Below, piece by piece: positions 8,943-18,552 of a stretch of 32,000 nucleotides of DNA. Each line of letters starts with the position of its first letter. Within the stretch, counting starts at the first letter, position 1. Source of the stretch: Candidatus Thorarchaeota archaeon. Its GTDB lineage: Archaea > Asgardarchaeota > Heimdallarchaeia > Hodarchaeales > Hodarchaeaceae. The stretch spans positions 133,640 to 165,639 of the forward strand of contig JBHLRO010000006.1 of NCBI GenBank assembly GCA_048882505.1. Direction: 5' to 3'. The position numbers and the translations under genes are program-made. The notes under the pieces were generated by a model. The model did no database searches, had not been told where the DNA came from, and was given only the letters and a program-made list of their open reading frames with translations.

Positions 8943-10172
8943 TTAAACCTCATTCTCTATCAGGGTTTCTTCAGGGTGCCTTTTAATACGGTTTAATATT
9001 GCGCCACTAACCACAACCAGAGTCACCAAAATCATTGAAAGAAAATACCCACCCGGAGTCATCTTCAACAATCCTATTACGTTGGAAAGGATTTCCTCAA
9101 CGACTGGAATTAGTATATCTTCTACGCCGATCTTTGGATCATGTAGAATCCTATTCCCCTGCGGATATACAAGATAAAGCCATTGGTTGCCTGTATCTTG
9201 AGTTGTATTGACAGGTTTTTTGACTCCATCTACTAAAGCATTTTCATTCCAGGAAAAATATCCTGAAAACCCCCCAAGAGTCACCTTTAGTTCTTTTTCA
9301 TCGAATGCTCGCCCCTCCGCTTCATCCTCGGTACTCTCGTCCGCATCATACTCGGAATCAGCTTCGAACTCGGTTCGAAGAGCTAGGAAGGAAGTATTTT
9401 TTGTAAATGAGAAGTTATTGATCGCTATATCGATTTTAACTTGTGTTGGGCTGATTATCGCTTGATTTATCTTTGTGAATTCATTACTGACATAAAATTG
9501 AAGACTAAAAAGGCCATCGCTGGTCGTTGTATTAAAAATCTCCACGGTCGAATTTCCAGAACTCATGTTCGCGTGTTGGATAGGTAGAAACGTCATAGAA
9601 TCCAAAGCCAAAGACGTCAGGATTTGATCACCAGGAGTACTAAGTGTACCGTCACCATTAATGTCTTCGAATTGAATAAGAGCTAAGAAACGAAAAAAGA
9701 ATTGGAGTTCTACCTCTCCTGAGCCTGATCTGGATTCATATTCCAGTTTAAATTCAGGAAAATCGGAAATCTTGAATTCCATTTTGATCTTGTCCTTTTG
9801 GACTCCATCTTTAAGCTCTGATTCGATATTAACTTTTTCCTCGTCATATTCTATGGTGATTTTGCGACGATTGACATCTTCAAACTCATCTCCCACCCCA
9901 TCATCATCATCATCGCGTTCTTCTTCGGAAGTACTCATTGAATGTTCTTGTGTCTCCGTTCCATCCTCCTCCTCGGTCGTTTCACTTGTTTCATCCGAAG
10001 TGGTATTATCATCCTCGGGTTGATCCCCAGCCATGGAACTTTCGGAAGAGGCTGCTATACCCGAATTCATTTTCGTAGAAATCAATAAAAGAACTACAAA
10101 GACCGTAATGAGAACCGCGGCTGTTTTTCTCCTTTTTGTTCGATTTTGGCTTTGCATAAACAGTTTTAACAT
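8943..10172 (-). CDS. acidic secreted/membrane-anchored surface protein, paralog A (function unknown)
   Basis: N-terminal hydrophobic signal, S/T/E/D-rich linker, DDDDDGVGDEFE and DINGDG motifs, HDPKIGV, C-terminal TM; aligns by eye with 10270..11448. Confidence 0.75.
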   Translation of the reverse strand: MLKLFMQSQNRTKRRKTAAVLITVFVVLLLISTKMNSGIAASSESSMAGDQPEDDNTTSDETSETTEEEDGTETQEHSMSTSEEERDDDDDGVGDEFEDVNRRKITIEYDEEKVNIESELKDGVQKDKIKMEFKISDFPEFKLEYESRSGSGEVELQFFFRFLALIQFEDINGDGTLSTPGDQILTSLALDSMTFLPIQHANMSSGNSTVEIFNTTTSDGLFSLQFYVSNEFTKINQAIISPTQVKIDIAINNFSFTKNTSFLALRTEFEADSEYDADESTEDEAEGRAFDEKELKVTLGGFSGYFSWNENALVDGVKKPVNTTQDTGNQWLYLVYPQGNRILHDPKIGVEDILIPVVEEILSNVIGLLKMTPGGYFLSMILVTLVVVSGAILNRIKRHPEETLIENEV

Positions 10173-10228
10173 CAGTATCCGCCCTGCGAAATATCAGATA
10201 TTTCTGTGTTTCTTCATCTTGGGATCCT

Positions 10229-10247
10229 AAAAAAAGAAAGAAAAGGG
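10229..10247 (-). terminator. U-rich putative archaeal terminator between the two paralogs
   Basis: The minus strand reads CCCTTTTCTTTCTTTTTTT shortly after the paralog B stop. Confidence 0.4.
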
Positions 10248-10269
10248 TTTGGTGGAAAACGGAATGATT

Positions 10270-11448
10270 TTATTTACGCTTTCGTTGATATACCGTTTTT
10301 CCACCAATTAGGGCAAGTACCACAAGGGTTACTGGGATTAAATATCCATTGGAAGGTGAACCAGATGGTGATAAATTATCCGCTACCAGAATAACCCCTG
10401 CGACTCCAATCTTTGGATCGTGGATGATATCATTACCCCTTGGGTAGTTTAGGAAGATCTTTTGATCTGTACTGCTGTCATCATCTTCAACAGGGCTACT
10501 TAACACGGTTTGATTGACCCCATCAACCAGAGCAGTCTCTGTCCAGGAGAAAAATCCTACAAACCCACCCATGGAAACTTCAACTTCTTTTTCCTCATCC
10601 GCGCGTCCTTCGGTCTCGTCCTCTGTATCTTCGTCTTCTTCGTATTCTTTTGTGGCCTCTAGCTTAGTTTGTAGGGCGAGGTCAGAGTTAGTATCATTGT
10701 ATGGAAAATTATGGATTTCTACATCTATTTTTGCTTGAGTGGGAGTTACTAATGCTTCATTGACAATCGTGAATTCGGAAACTGCGTAGAATCGGAGAAG
10801 AAATACCCCATCTGTGGTATTAATTGTGATTTTGTGAAGAATGGAATTTCCAGGACCATCTTGTGTTACATAATCGATAGGTTCAAATGCTACTTGATCC
10901 AACCGATATTCTTGTACTATAAGATCTTCTGATTCGTTGAAAACGCCATTAGCATCTTGATCAATGTATTCGATTATTGAATAGAATTTCACTTTAAATG
11001 CCAGTTCAACCTCAGCACTATTGGCTTCTGACGAGTACTCCAATTTTACCTTTGGTTCATCGTGGACTTCGATCTCAATATGAATTTCATCTTTCTGTTC
11101 GCCAAATTTTAACTGCGATTCAATTTTCACGTCATCAGCATCGTGTTCGATTGAGATTTCACGTTCATTCTTCGCTTCGGTTTCATCGTCAATTCCATCA
11201 TCATCGTCATCATGTTCCTCTTCTAGTTCTGTTTCGGTGATGTCGGTATCTTCAGTTTGGGTTCCACTAGTTTGGTCATCCACACTGGTTTCACTGGTTT
11301 CTTGGAGGATGGAATCAGCGACGCCGCTGACAGTTAAAAATGACGTCATCATGAGTCCTAATAAAAAACTGGCTAAAAGCAGGGATAGAAAAAACGATTT
11401 CTTGTTTGATATTTTCGTTGCTGTTTGTAACATTTTATTTTGCACCAT
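10270..11448 (-). CDS. acidic secreted/membrane-anchored surface protein, paralog B (function unknown)
   Basis: Signal peptide, DDDDDGIDDETE and DQDANG motifs, HDPKIGV, C-terminal TM plus basic tail QRKRK. Confidence 0.78.
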   Translation of the reverse strand: MVQNKMLQTATKISNKKSFFLSLLLASFLLGLMMTSFLTVSGVADSILQETSETSVDDQTSGTQTEDTDITETELEEEHDDDDDGIDDETEAKNEREISIEHDADDVKIESQLKFGEQKDEIHIEIEVHDEPKVKLEYSSEANSAEVELAFKVKFYSIIEYIDQDANGVFNESEDLIVQEYRLDQVAFEPIDYVTQDGPGNSILHKITINTTDGVFLLRFYAVSEFTIVNEALVTPTQAKIDVEIHNFPYNDTNSDLALQTKLEATKEYEEDEDTEDETEGRADEEKEVEVSMGGFVGFFSWTETALVDGVNQTVLSSPVEDDDSSTDQKIFLNYPRGNDIIHDPKIGVAGVILVADNLSPSGSPSNGYLIPVTLVVLALIGGKTVYQRKRK

Positions 11449-11868
11449 TTTGTTTAATGAATCTGATCAATTAGACAGATAGACTCGGTTTAAGATCGAC
11501 CTATAGAAACCTGTAAATAGGGAATTTCTATCGTTTTGGAGTTACGTTTTTCGTAAATTTGATTGTTAATACTACATAGAAGAGAGAAATCAGACATCAA
11601 AGGTATCACGAGCTTCTTCAGAGATTTTATTAGCGCGTTTTGGGATTGCACTCTGTTTGGAAGTCAATCTGCCAAAATTTTATTCATGTTGTGCGTCTGG
11701 TTTGATAAAAGCCAAATAATGAGCTTCTAGGAGGTAAATCATAACATAAAGGAGATAATTACCAACCTCTCACCTTAAGACATAACCTAGTTGAATCGAA
11801 TACTCACGAACCTTTCACTATCTAGGTCACCTGCACTGTCTAGACCTCTAAAAGAACGTTGAACTAAG

Positions 11869-12414
11869 ATGAGGGTAATAGAAGGGCAACATGCCATTAA
11901 ATTTCAAGCACGGGATATATATAACAACCGGATTGCTCTAGACGACTTTTCTGCGCATCCCCTGTACCTTTGTTTCTTCAGATACGCATCATGCCCCTTT
12001 TGCAATCTCCGTTTCTCTGAATTAATTACAAAATACCCTAGACTTCATTCCGAATATAATCTACAGATATTGGCTTTTTTCCAATCTCCCAAAGAGCTTA
12101 TATCCAAGTACGTTGAAAAAAGACAAGGAAATATCCCTTTTCCGGTAATCCCAGATCCTAATCATGAAGTTTATAGGCTTTACGGGGTTTATGCATCCAA
12201 GTGGGGCTATATACGGGGCTACTTTCGTTGGGGGAAGTTTCTTAGGGCAATAAAAAGAGGGTTTCACCTTGGAATCATGGATGGAATTCGAACATTAATT
12301 CCTGCGAGCTTTCTGATCGATCAAGGGATTGTGGTAAAAGCCTACTACGGAAGCGATATTACCGACCATCTCCCCCTATCAGCCATACATGAATATTTTC
12401 TCGGTACATCATAA
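11869..12414 (+). CDS. AhpC/TSA peroxiredoxin-like (thioredoxin-fold) protein
   Basis: FFRYASCPFCNL (CxxC), PFPVIPDP-YRLYG, PASFLID. Confidence 0.85.
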   Translation: MRVIEGQHAIKFQARDIYNNRIALDDFSAHPLYLCFFRYASCPFCNLRFSELITKYPRLHSEYNLQILAFFQSPKELISKYVEKRQGNIPFPVIPDPNHEVYRLYGVYASKWGYIRGYFRWGKFLRAIKRGFHLGIMDGIRTLIPASFLIDQGIVVKAYYGSDITDHLPLSAIHEYFLGTS

Positions 12415-12466
12415 TATTTATCCCGGCTTACAAAGATTAATTTAACAATTATGCTGGAATTGAACA

Positions 12467-13300
12467 ATGACGATATATTTAGGAACAACAGGATGGCATT
12501 ACCCCTTCTGGCGTGGACGATTTTATCCTAATGACACAAAGAGCGAGCTGAAATATTACGCACGTCATTCGAAATTAAACGAGATTAATACTACTTTCTA
12601 CAGTATTCCTTCGCATTCACTAGTGAAACGATGGTATAAATCTACTCCTGAAGATTTCCAGTTCACTGCCAAAATGATAAGGGATGTCACCCATTCCAGT
12701 AATCTTTCCTCAAAGTCGGATCTGATCGAAGAATTTTTCTTACCTTTAAGGGGTTTGGAACCAAAATTAAAGGGGATTCTTCTTCAATTTCCCCCATCAT
12801 TTCGTTTTAATTCAAATCGGTTACAGTATCTGGTCGGGATACTAGATGAATGTTCCAAGCATTTTTCAAGAATTCTAATCTTAGAGCTAAGAAATTCATC
12901 TTGGCTTATTCCTGAATTGAAGTACTTAATAACTGATTATTCCCTCGTGCTCACAGACACGACAAAGATAATGATTCCTCCTGACTTTTTTTCCAAAAAG
13001 GTTCCTGTTTATTACGTTCGAATTTTGGGAGATAGAAAAGCTATTCCTGATTCACAGCTCGGCCGCACATTTTTGGTGAAAGATACTGAAATAGATGGCC
13101 TGGTTAGCAGAATCAAACAATTTTACGAGGTTTATCAAAGGATTTTCATCTTGATTAACAATCGATTTTCAGGATATGCTATAAATGATGTTATTTCGCT
13201 TCGGAGGCGCCTAACAAGAGAAAAACTAGATGTTCAGGGTTTTTCTGATGCATCCAAGTACCTCCCCCGTCAATATGGCCTCTCTGAATTTTTTGGCTAG
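12467..13300 (+). CDS. DUF72 (YecE-like) protein
   Basis: GTTGWHY-W-FYP, EINTTFY, WY-TPEDFQFTAK, LLQFPPSF, ELRNSSW, YVRILG. Confidence 0.88.
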   Translation: MTIYLGTTGWHYPFWRGRFYPNDTKSELKYYARHSKLNEINTTFYSIPSHSLVKRWYKSTPEDFQFTAKMIRDVTHSSNLSSKSDLIEEFFLPLRGLEPKLKGILLQFPPSFRFNSNRLQYLVGILDECSKHFSRILILELRNSSWLIPELKYLITDYSLVLTDTTKIMIPPDFFSKKVPVYYVRILGDRKAIPDSQLGRTFLVKDTEIDGLVSRIKQFYEVYQRIFILINNRFSGYAINDVISLRRRLTREKLDVQGFSDASKYLPRQYGLSEFFG

Positions 13301-13312
13301 ATGTTCGGTCTT

Positions 13313-14182
13313 TTATTGTAGCTTTGCTGCATCTCTTGCCAATTGTGGACTTTTGTTTGGGTACAGGGTCTTTCCCCTATAGTATTTATCTAGAAGAATA
13401 AATATCAACCAAGCAACTCCTGTTGAAAATAAAACGTCTGAGGCATAATGTGCTCCTGCAACAACACGTCCAAGTGCAACGATCACTCCCCATGTTAAAA
13501 CGATGACCGTTACCAGGTAATAAATAGCTTTTTTCCTCTTCAAACGAGGCACATATAGTATTGGGAGTAGCATCCATCCCATGGCCGCGTGGCCCGAGGG
13601 AAACGAAGCATGCCCAGTCGATCCCCGTGGAAGAAACCAGGGGGTATAATCTGAATAATCTAAAGCTAGGTCTCGAAAGCGAACACGCCCCCACATGATT
13701 TTAATTACTTGTACAAATAGAAGCGGGTTCAAAACAGCCAAAATTAGAGTAAAAACAGCAAATGTTTGGAATTCATTCGATATGGTGAAATTTCCCCAGC
13801 GAATCACGACTAATGTTACTAAAACAAATGGAAAGACGATTAGAATGAGTTGGGAGTTAATTCCTCCAAATATCGCGTTGATCAAGGCGGATATCTGCCA
13901 AACAAGGCCCCCAATGACGACTGCGATTATTATAGAACTTTTTACTGTCCTAGTTTCTTTTACTGCAATGAAAACGGCGAAAATTGCTAATACAATGATA
14001 ATATTCCCTGGGATCTCTCCATACTCTGCGATGAACCTCGCCCACACTGCTTCGCTATCAACAAGGGCCATAGAAATTTCAAGATCCCAAACAGCAAAGA
14101 TGAGCGCCAGGAAACCAAAACAGGCACCAAGAAGATAGACTAAACGTTTTCCTATTGTACTATTCATCTTGGCTTTGGACAT
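13313..14182 (-). CDS. PAP2 family membrane phosphatase
   Basis: K-WGRVR (motif 1), SFPSGH (motif 2), GRVVAGAHYASDV (motif 3); about 6-7 TM. Confidence 0.9.
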   Translation of the reverse strand: MSKAKMNSTIGKRLVYLLGACFGFLALIFAVWDLEISMALVDSEAVWARFIAEYGEIPGNIIIVLAIFAVFIAVKETRTVKSSIIIAVVIGGLVWQISALINAIFGGINSQLILIVFPFVLVTLVVIRWGNFTISNEFQTFAVFTLILAVLNPLLFVQVIKIMWGRVRFRDLALDYSDYTPWFLPRGSTGHASFPSGHAAMGWMLLPILYVPRLKRKKAIYYLVTVIVLTWGVIVALGRVVAGAHYASDVLFSTGVAWLIFILLDKYYRGKTLYPNKSPQLARDAAKLQ

Positions 14183-14358
14183 GGTTAGGTCTTAAACCAA
14201 AATGGAGAATACTTATTGATATTTTTTCGTAAAAGTAGATAATTATTTTGTTGCAAACGAAAAAAACATCAAAGAAATCAAATGAAATTAACAGGAAAAT
14301 GGTTTATTAGGAACTGGGCCTACATTCGTTCTGTCAAGAGAAAAGGAGGATTAAGCAA

Positions 14359-15429
14359 GTGGTTATAACCCCACTAGATTTTCTTAGTGCTTTGGTCTTG
14401 GGAATTACAATTGGCTTGGTGTTACAAAGAGGACGTGTATGTTCTAATACTGCCTTCAGAAATTTATTATTAATCAGAAATCCCGAGGTTGCATTAGTTC
14501 TGGTTATTGCAGTTATGGTAGAGTTGATTGGTTACCAGCTATTGCAATTATTTTCACTGACCGAAATCTTTCCGGGATTTAGCATTTATTCAAATCCAAT
14601 AAGGTTCTCTTTGATTCTTATTCCTATAGGAAGTCTCTTGTTTGGATTTGGAACAGTTTTTGCGGGGGGATGTGCTGGGGGAGTGTGTTACAGGGTAGGG
14701 GAAGGATCAATTAAGTCACTCCTCGCTTTTCTTGGTTTTGGCATCGGGATTGCTGTTTTTGCCGTGGAACCCCTCCGCTCTGCATTTGCTGAAGTACAAA
14801 ATGCGACCCTTTGGACAATACAAGGTCAAACTCCTTCTCTTGAACAGATACTACCTCGGCCGATATGGACGATCGGAGCCCTAATTATGCTAGGAGTACT
14901 GGTTTACAAGTACAGGAGAACTCCTCCACAGTTACCGCATTTTCGTGAAGGATGGTCTCCTTTAATGTCCGGGCTTGTGCTTGGGGTTCTGGGTACACTA
15001 GCACGGTTTTTTTCCACGGTAGCTGGCCGTCCATTTGGGCTTTCAACGACGGACGGGATTGGGGAGCTTTTCTCAGTTGTTTCAAGCATTCTTGGAGTCA
15101 CCTCCTCTCTTTTGGGATGGGCAGGAATTATGATTCTCGGTCTTATTATCGGAGCAAGCTTGTCATCCCTTCAAATTAACGAGTTCAAAGTAAAAACTCC
15201 AAATAGGCGTGACATAATTCGGTTTTTTGGAGGAGGCCTTCTATTAGGGATTGGAGCTATGCTGGCATCGGGATGTAATTTCGGGCATATTCTGGGTGGA
15301 ATACCAGAACTTGGGATTTCCTCAGTTATAGCGTCAATATTCATGATGTTTGGTAATTGGATTTCATCATATTTGATGTATAATGTCCTTGGAGAAGAAA
15401 CTCCAGTTTCCACCCCATTATTACTTTAG
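14359..15429 (+). CDS. YeeE/YedE (TsuA-like) thiosulfate/sulfur-compound transporter
   Basis: QRGRVC, FGFG-FAGGCAGG, GAMLASGCNFGH: the three conserved YeeE cysteines; GTG start. Confidence 0.88.
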   Translation: MVITPLDFLSALVLGITIGLVLQRGRVCSNTAFRNLLLIRNPEVALVLVIAVMVELIGYQLLQLFSLTEIFPGFSIYSNPIRFSLILIPIGSLLFGFGTVFAGGCAGGVCYRVGEGSIKSLLAFLGFGIGIAVFAVEPLRSAFAEVQNATLWTIQGQTPSLEQILPRPIWTIGALIMLGVLVYKYRRTPPQLPHFREGWSPLMSGLVLGVLGTLARFFSTVAGRPFGLSTTDGIGELFSVVSSILGVTSSLLGWAGIMILGLIIGASLSSLQINEFKVKTPNRRDIIRFFGGGLLLGIGAMLASGCNFGHILGGIPELGISSVIASIFMMFGNWISSYLMYNVLGEETPVSTPLLL

Positions 15430-15592
15430 ATATGTGATAGATTAGTTCTACTCATTTAAAAATATGTTTTAGCTTTAACATTGAATAACCGATTGATTTC
15501 TGACCAGTTTAGGTCAAGGATTTGTTGTTCACGGTCTTGCTCTCTAGGATTTCGACACCAATCAGAGTTATTTTAAATTCCATCGAGTTCCC

Positions 15593-16321
15593 ATGTTAAA
15601 TGTGGAAATCCCTCCTGATATGATTGTACTTATTCCAGCAAAGAATGAAGAAACCGCCCTCGCATTCCTTCTTCCACGACTTTTGAAAAGGGTTAAACAA
15701 GTTCTCGTCGTGGATAATGGCTCTGAAGATCAAACCGCAAAGGTTGCCCGAGATGTAGGGGTCCAAGTAATAACGGAAAAGAGACCTGGGTACGGATCCG
15801 CGTGTTTGGCTGGTTTAAAATATCTTGCAAGACAACCAAACCCCCCTAAATATGTTTGTTTCTTTGATGGTGATGGACAAAGTAATGTGGCCGATATTGA
15901 TAAAGTAGCCCTTCCTGTTTTAAAGGACAGAACACCTTATTGTCAAGGGAGCCGTATGATAGATCCACAGTCTCGTAACAATCTTACCATCATAGCTCGC
16001 GTTGCAAATCGGCTGTTCGCGAAGTTTTTGTCAATGGTTTGGAAACAGCACCTAACCGATCTCGGCCCGCTTCGTGTTATAAGTTGGGATCTCCTTTCGG
16101 AACTAAATATGGCATCAATAAACTACGGTTGGACCATAGAAATGAGTACAAAGATATTAAAAATGGGGGGAGTTCCGTATCTGGAAGTTCCTGTTAATTG
16201 GCATCCACGTACTTCAGGTAAAAGTAAAATCTCTGGAAACTTTAATACCGCATTCAAAGCGGGGTCGATAATGATTTTGACGCTCCTTCGTGTACTTTTA
16301 TTTTGGAAACCTGGGATTTAA
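15593..16321 (+). CDS. GT2 glycosyltransferase, DPM1-like (polyprenol-phosphate-sugar synthase type)
   Basis: IPAKNEE, VVDNGSEDQT, RPGYGSAC, FFDGDGQ, TDLGPLR, YGWTIEM, R-SGKSKISG. Confidence 0.9.
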   Translation: MLNVEIPPDMIVLIPAKNEETALAFLLPRLLKRVKQVLVVDNGSEDQTAKVARDVGVQVITEKRPGYGSACLAGLKYLARQPNPPKYVCFFDGDGQSNVADIDKVALPVLKDRTPYCQGSRMIDPQSRNNLTIIARVANRLFAKFLSMVWKQHLTDLGPLRVISWDLLSELNMASINYGWTIEMSTKILKMGGVPYLEVPVNWHPRTSGKSKISGNFNTAFKAGSIMILTLLRVLLFWKPGI

Positions 16322-16322
16322 A

Positions 16323-17114
16323 ATGTCAATTAGGCAGGGAATCGTACTGTTTACGAAAGTACCGACCCAGGTACCAGTGAAAACGCGTTTGGCGCATTCC
16401 CAATTTCCGAAAAACTTCCAAGTTGATTTAACAACCGCGATGATAAAAGATACCCTCCTGATTTTAGATGAAGTGATGAAACACACCCTATTCACACCAA
16501 TTATCAATTATTTCCCTGAAACCAATTCTGCGCGAAATATGATAAAAAAGATCATAACAGCGATTATGGAGCATGAAAACCCAAGCTTGATGGAGAAGGT
16601 GAATCTGGTACCACAAATAGGGGATACGGTAGGTCAACGATTTTCTATCGCCATTGATAGCGCTTTTAAGGATTTAAAAATGAAATCAACGATTATTGTT
16701 GGTTCTGATACTCCCCACCTATCTCCTGCCTATATATTAAAGGGAATGGAATTCTTGATGTCGAATCCAAAAGGGCTTGTGTTGGGTCCATCTCAAAATG
16801 GAGGTTTCTACCTATTCGGAACAAACCATCCATGCCCTAGGGAAATCAGCGAGATATTTCAGAAGAACTCTATACACAATGAGTTGGGGAACCTATTAGA
16901 GTTGTTCCCCGACCATAAAGCGTGTATATTGCCGACGGTTTTTGATATTGATACGTTTTCTGATTTAAGAAACGTTTTCTCTGAGGTTTATGCGCGATCC
17001 TTTAATAATCCTAGAGAGCCAGCAAAAATGACAGCGGCGCACATGTGGTCTTTGCTTAAAACTTTGGATAAATCGATTTGGGAATCTTCGCAGGACTCCA
17101 GAACAATGAGTTAG
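16323..17114 (+). CDS. DUF2064 / TIGR04282-like (CofC-like) glycosyl/nucleotidyltransferase
   Basis: LFTKVP-VKTRLA, Q-G-VGQRF, IIVGSDTPHL, VLGPSQNGGFYL, FDIDTFSDL. The real start is probably ATG 16323, right after the upstream TAA, not 16290. Confidence 0.85.
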   Translation: MSIRQGIVLFTKVPTQVPVKTRLAHSQFPKNFQVDLTTAMIKDTLLILDEVMKHTLFTPIINYFPETNSARNMIKKIITAIMEHENPSLMEKVNLVPQIGDTVGQRFSIAIDSAFKDLKMKSTIIVGSDTPHLSPAYILKGMEFLMSNPKGLVLGPSQNGGFYLFGTNHPCPREISEIFQKNSIHNELGNLLELFPDHKACILPTVFDIDTFSDLRNVFSEVYARSFNNPREPAKMTAAHMWSLLKTLDKSIWESSQDSRTMS

Positions 17115-17124
17115 AGGAAAAACA

Positions 17125-18543
17125 ATGGAATTTACAATCGCCTTTGGAATTTGGACGTTAGGAGCTGTTATTTTCCTCATCTGTACCTTGTATTATGCTC
17201 TTGAATTAATCCCTGCGTACATTAGAAACCGTAAACAATATCAAAATCCTATTATTCTAACGGATCAGCAAATCGGTGAATTATTAAAAAAAACGGAACA
17301 AGAACTACCTATCTTCAAATTTCAAATTACAACTCGCGGTAATGAAGTTGAAGTGGTCACAAGAGGGATCGATTCCATTTATCAGATAGCACAGAATCCT
17401 TTATTCAGAAAAAACATTGAACTGCTAATAGTAACTGATTTCCAGGATGAGGTTGTTCTCTTTAACCAGTATTTGCAAAATCAGGGCATTGACATTTCTG
17501 TTGAAGTTATCGCAGTTCCTCCTGACTATCAAACTCCTAAGGATTCCCTATATAAGGCCCGAAGTCTACATTATTCCTCAGAATTCCGAGCGGCAGACCC
17601 AGGTGAAAAGCGCGCATTTGTTTTTTATTTTGATGCAGAATCCACCATATCGGAAGATGATTTCCGCCGTATTATACACTCGATACTTGTATCGCCGGAG
17701 AAGAAGATTTTTGAAGGCCCTATAGTCTATTCGCACAAATATTTTGATGCAAATCTTATAAGTCGTCAGATGGAGGCATCACGACCCTTTAATTGCTATC
17801 ACTGCGCACAAGTAATGACTAATCCTCCTCCTCTTCACCTTCATGGATCGAATTTACTTGTGGATGCGGAACTAGTATCATCGATCGGGTGGGATTCAGG
17901 AAGGCTTCCTAACGATGATCCCTTACTAGCAGAAGACTTGTATTTCGGTATGAGAGCATACAGTAGATTTGGTCGGGAGGTATTCGGATGGCATGGAGGA
18001 CTAGTGACTGAACAACCGCCATTTAGTGTCCGAGAGTCCTTTAATGCTCGTATGCGATGGATTACGGGTGCTTGGCAGGCTTTGACTCTCATAAGGAAAA
18101 ATGAAGAATTTCTCAGATTAAATTGGTTTGCACGGATTCGGTTCTTGTCTCGGTTGCGCTTCAGAATTATTGCACATGGGATAAGTTTTTTTGCTGCCTT
18201 GTTTATTATTCTCACGCTTTTGTTTGTATTAGTGCCGTCAGCTTTTCCCTTTTTAGCGATGGATGCATCTTTTATATCACCGATGCTTCGTACATTTCAG
18301 GTGACTGTTTCACGGCTAATCTTACTACCTGGAACCTTATTTTGGCTTTTCGGCATCATCAATGGATCTTCGAAAAATATTAGGTCCCTCGGGCTTACTA
18401 AAAGACAAAAAACATGGGAATATATCAAACTACTTCTTGTAACACCAATTGGAGGAGCGGTTGAGTCTTTTGCTGCCCTGTATGCCACTCTTAGGTACTG
18501 GATTGGACATCCATACCGATCCTGGGATGTAACACGTAAGTAG
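17125..18543 (+). CDS. membrane GT2 glycosyltransferase (Glyco_trans_2_3 / egghead-BRE-3-like)
   Basis: N-terminal TM, YKARSLHY, FDAE, AEDLYFG, EQPPFS-ARMRW, 2-3 C-terminal TM. Confidence 0.75.
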   Translation: MEFTIAFGIWTLGAVIFLICTLYYALELIPAYIRNRKQYQNPIILTDQQIGELLKKTEQELPIFKFQITTRGNEVEVVTRGIDSIYQIAQNPLFRKNIELLIVTDFQDEVVLFNQYLQNQGIDISVEVIAVPPDYQTPKDSLYKARSLHYSSEFRAADPGEKRAFVFYFDAESTISEDDFRRIIHSILVSPEKKIFEGPIVYSHKYFDANLISRQMEASRPFNCYHCAQVMTNPPPLHLHGSNLLVDAELVSSIGWDSGRLPNDDPLLAEDLYFGMRAYSRFGREVFGWHGGLVTEQPPFSVRESFNARMRWITGAWQALTLIRKNEEFLRLNWFARIRFLSRLRFRIIAHGISFFAALFIILTLLFVLVPSAFPFLAMDASFISPMLRTFQVTVSRLILLPGTLFWLFGIINGSSKNIRSLGLTKRQKTWEYIKLLLVTPIGGAVESFAALYATLRYWIGHPYRSWDVTRK

Positions 18544-18552
18544 GTAAATCCA

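Noticed and set aside
9899-9915. TCA trinucleotide run (and a similar run near 11196-11213)
   Set aside because: It simply encodes the poly-Asp motifs of the surface proteins; it is not a contingency repeat or CRISPR.
11449-11868. 420-nt intergenic region with short ORFs (20-57 codons) and a GGAGGT motif
   Set aside because: No SD-start pairing, recognisable peptide or RNA structure could be supported; treated as a divergent promoter region.
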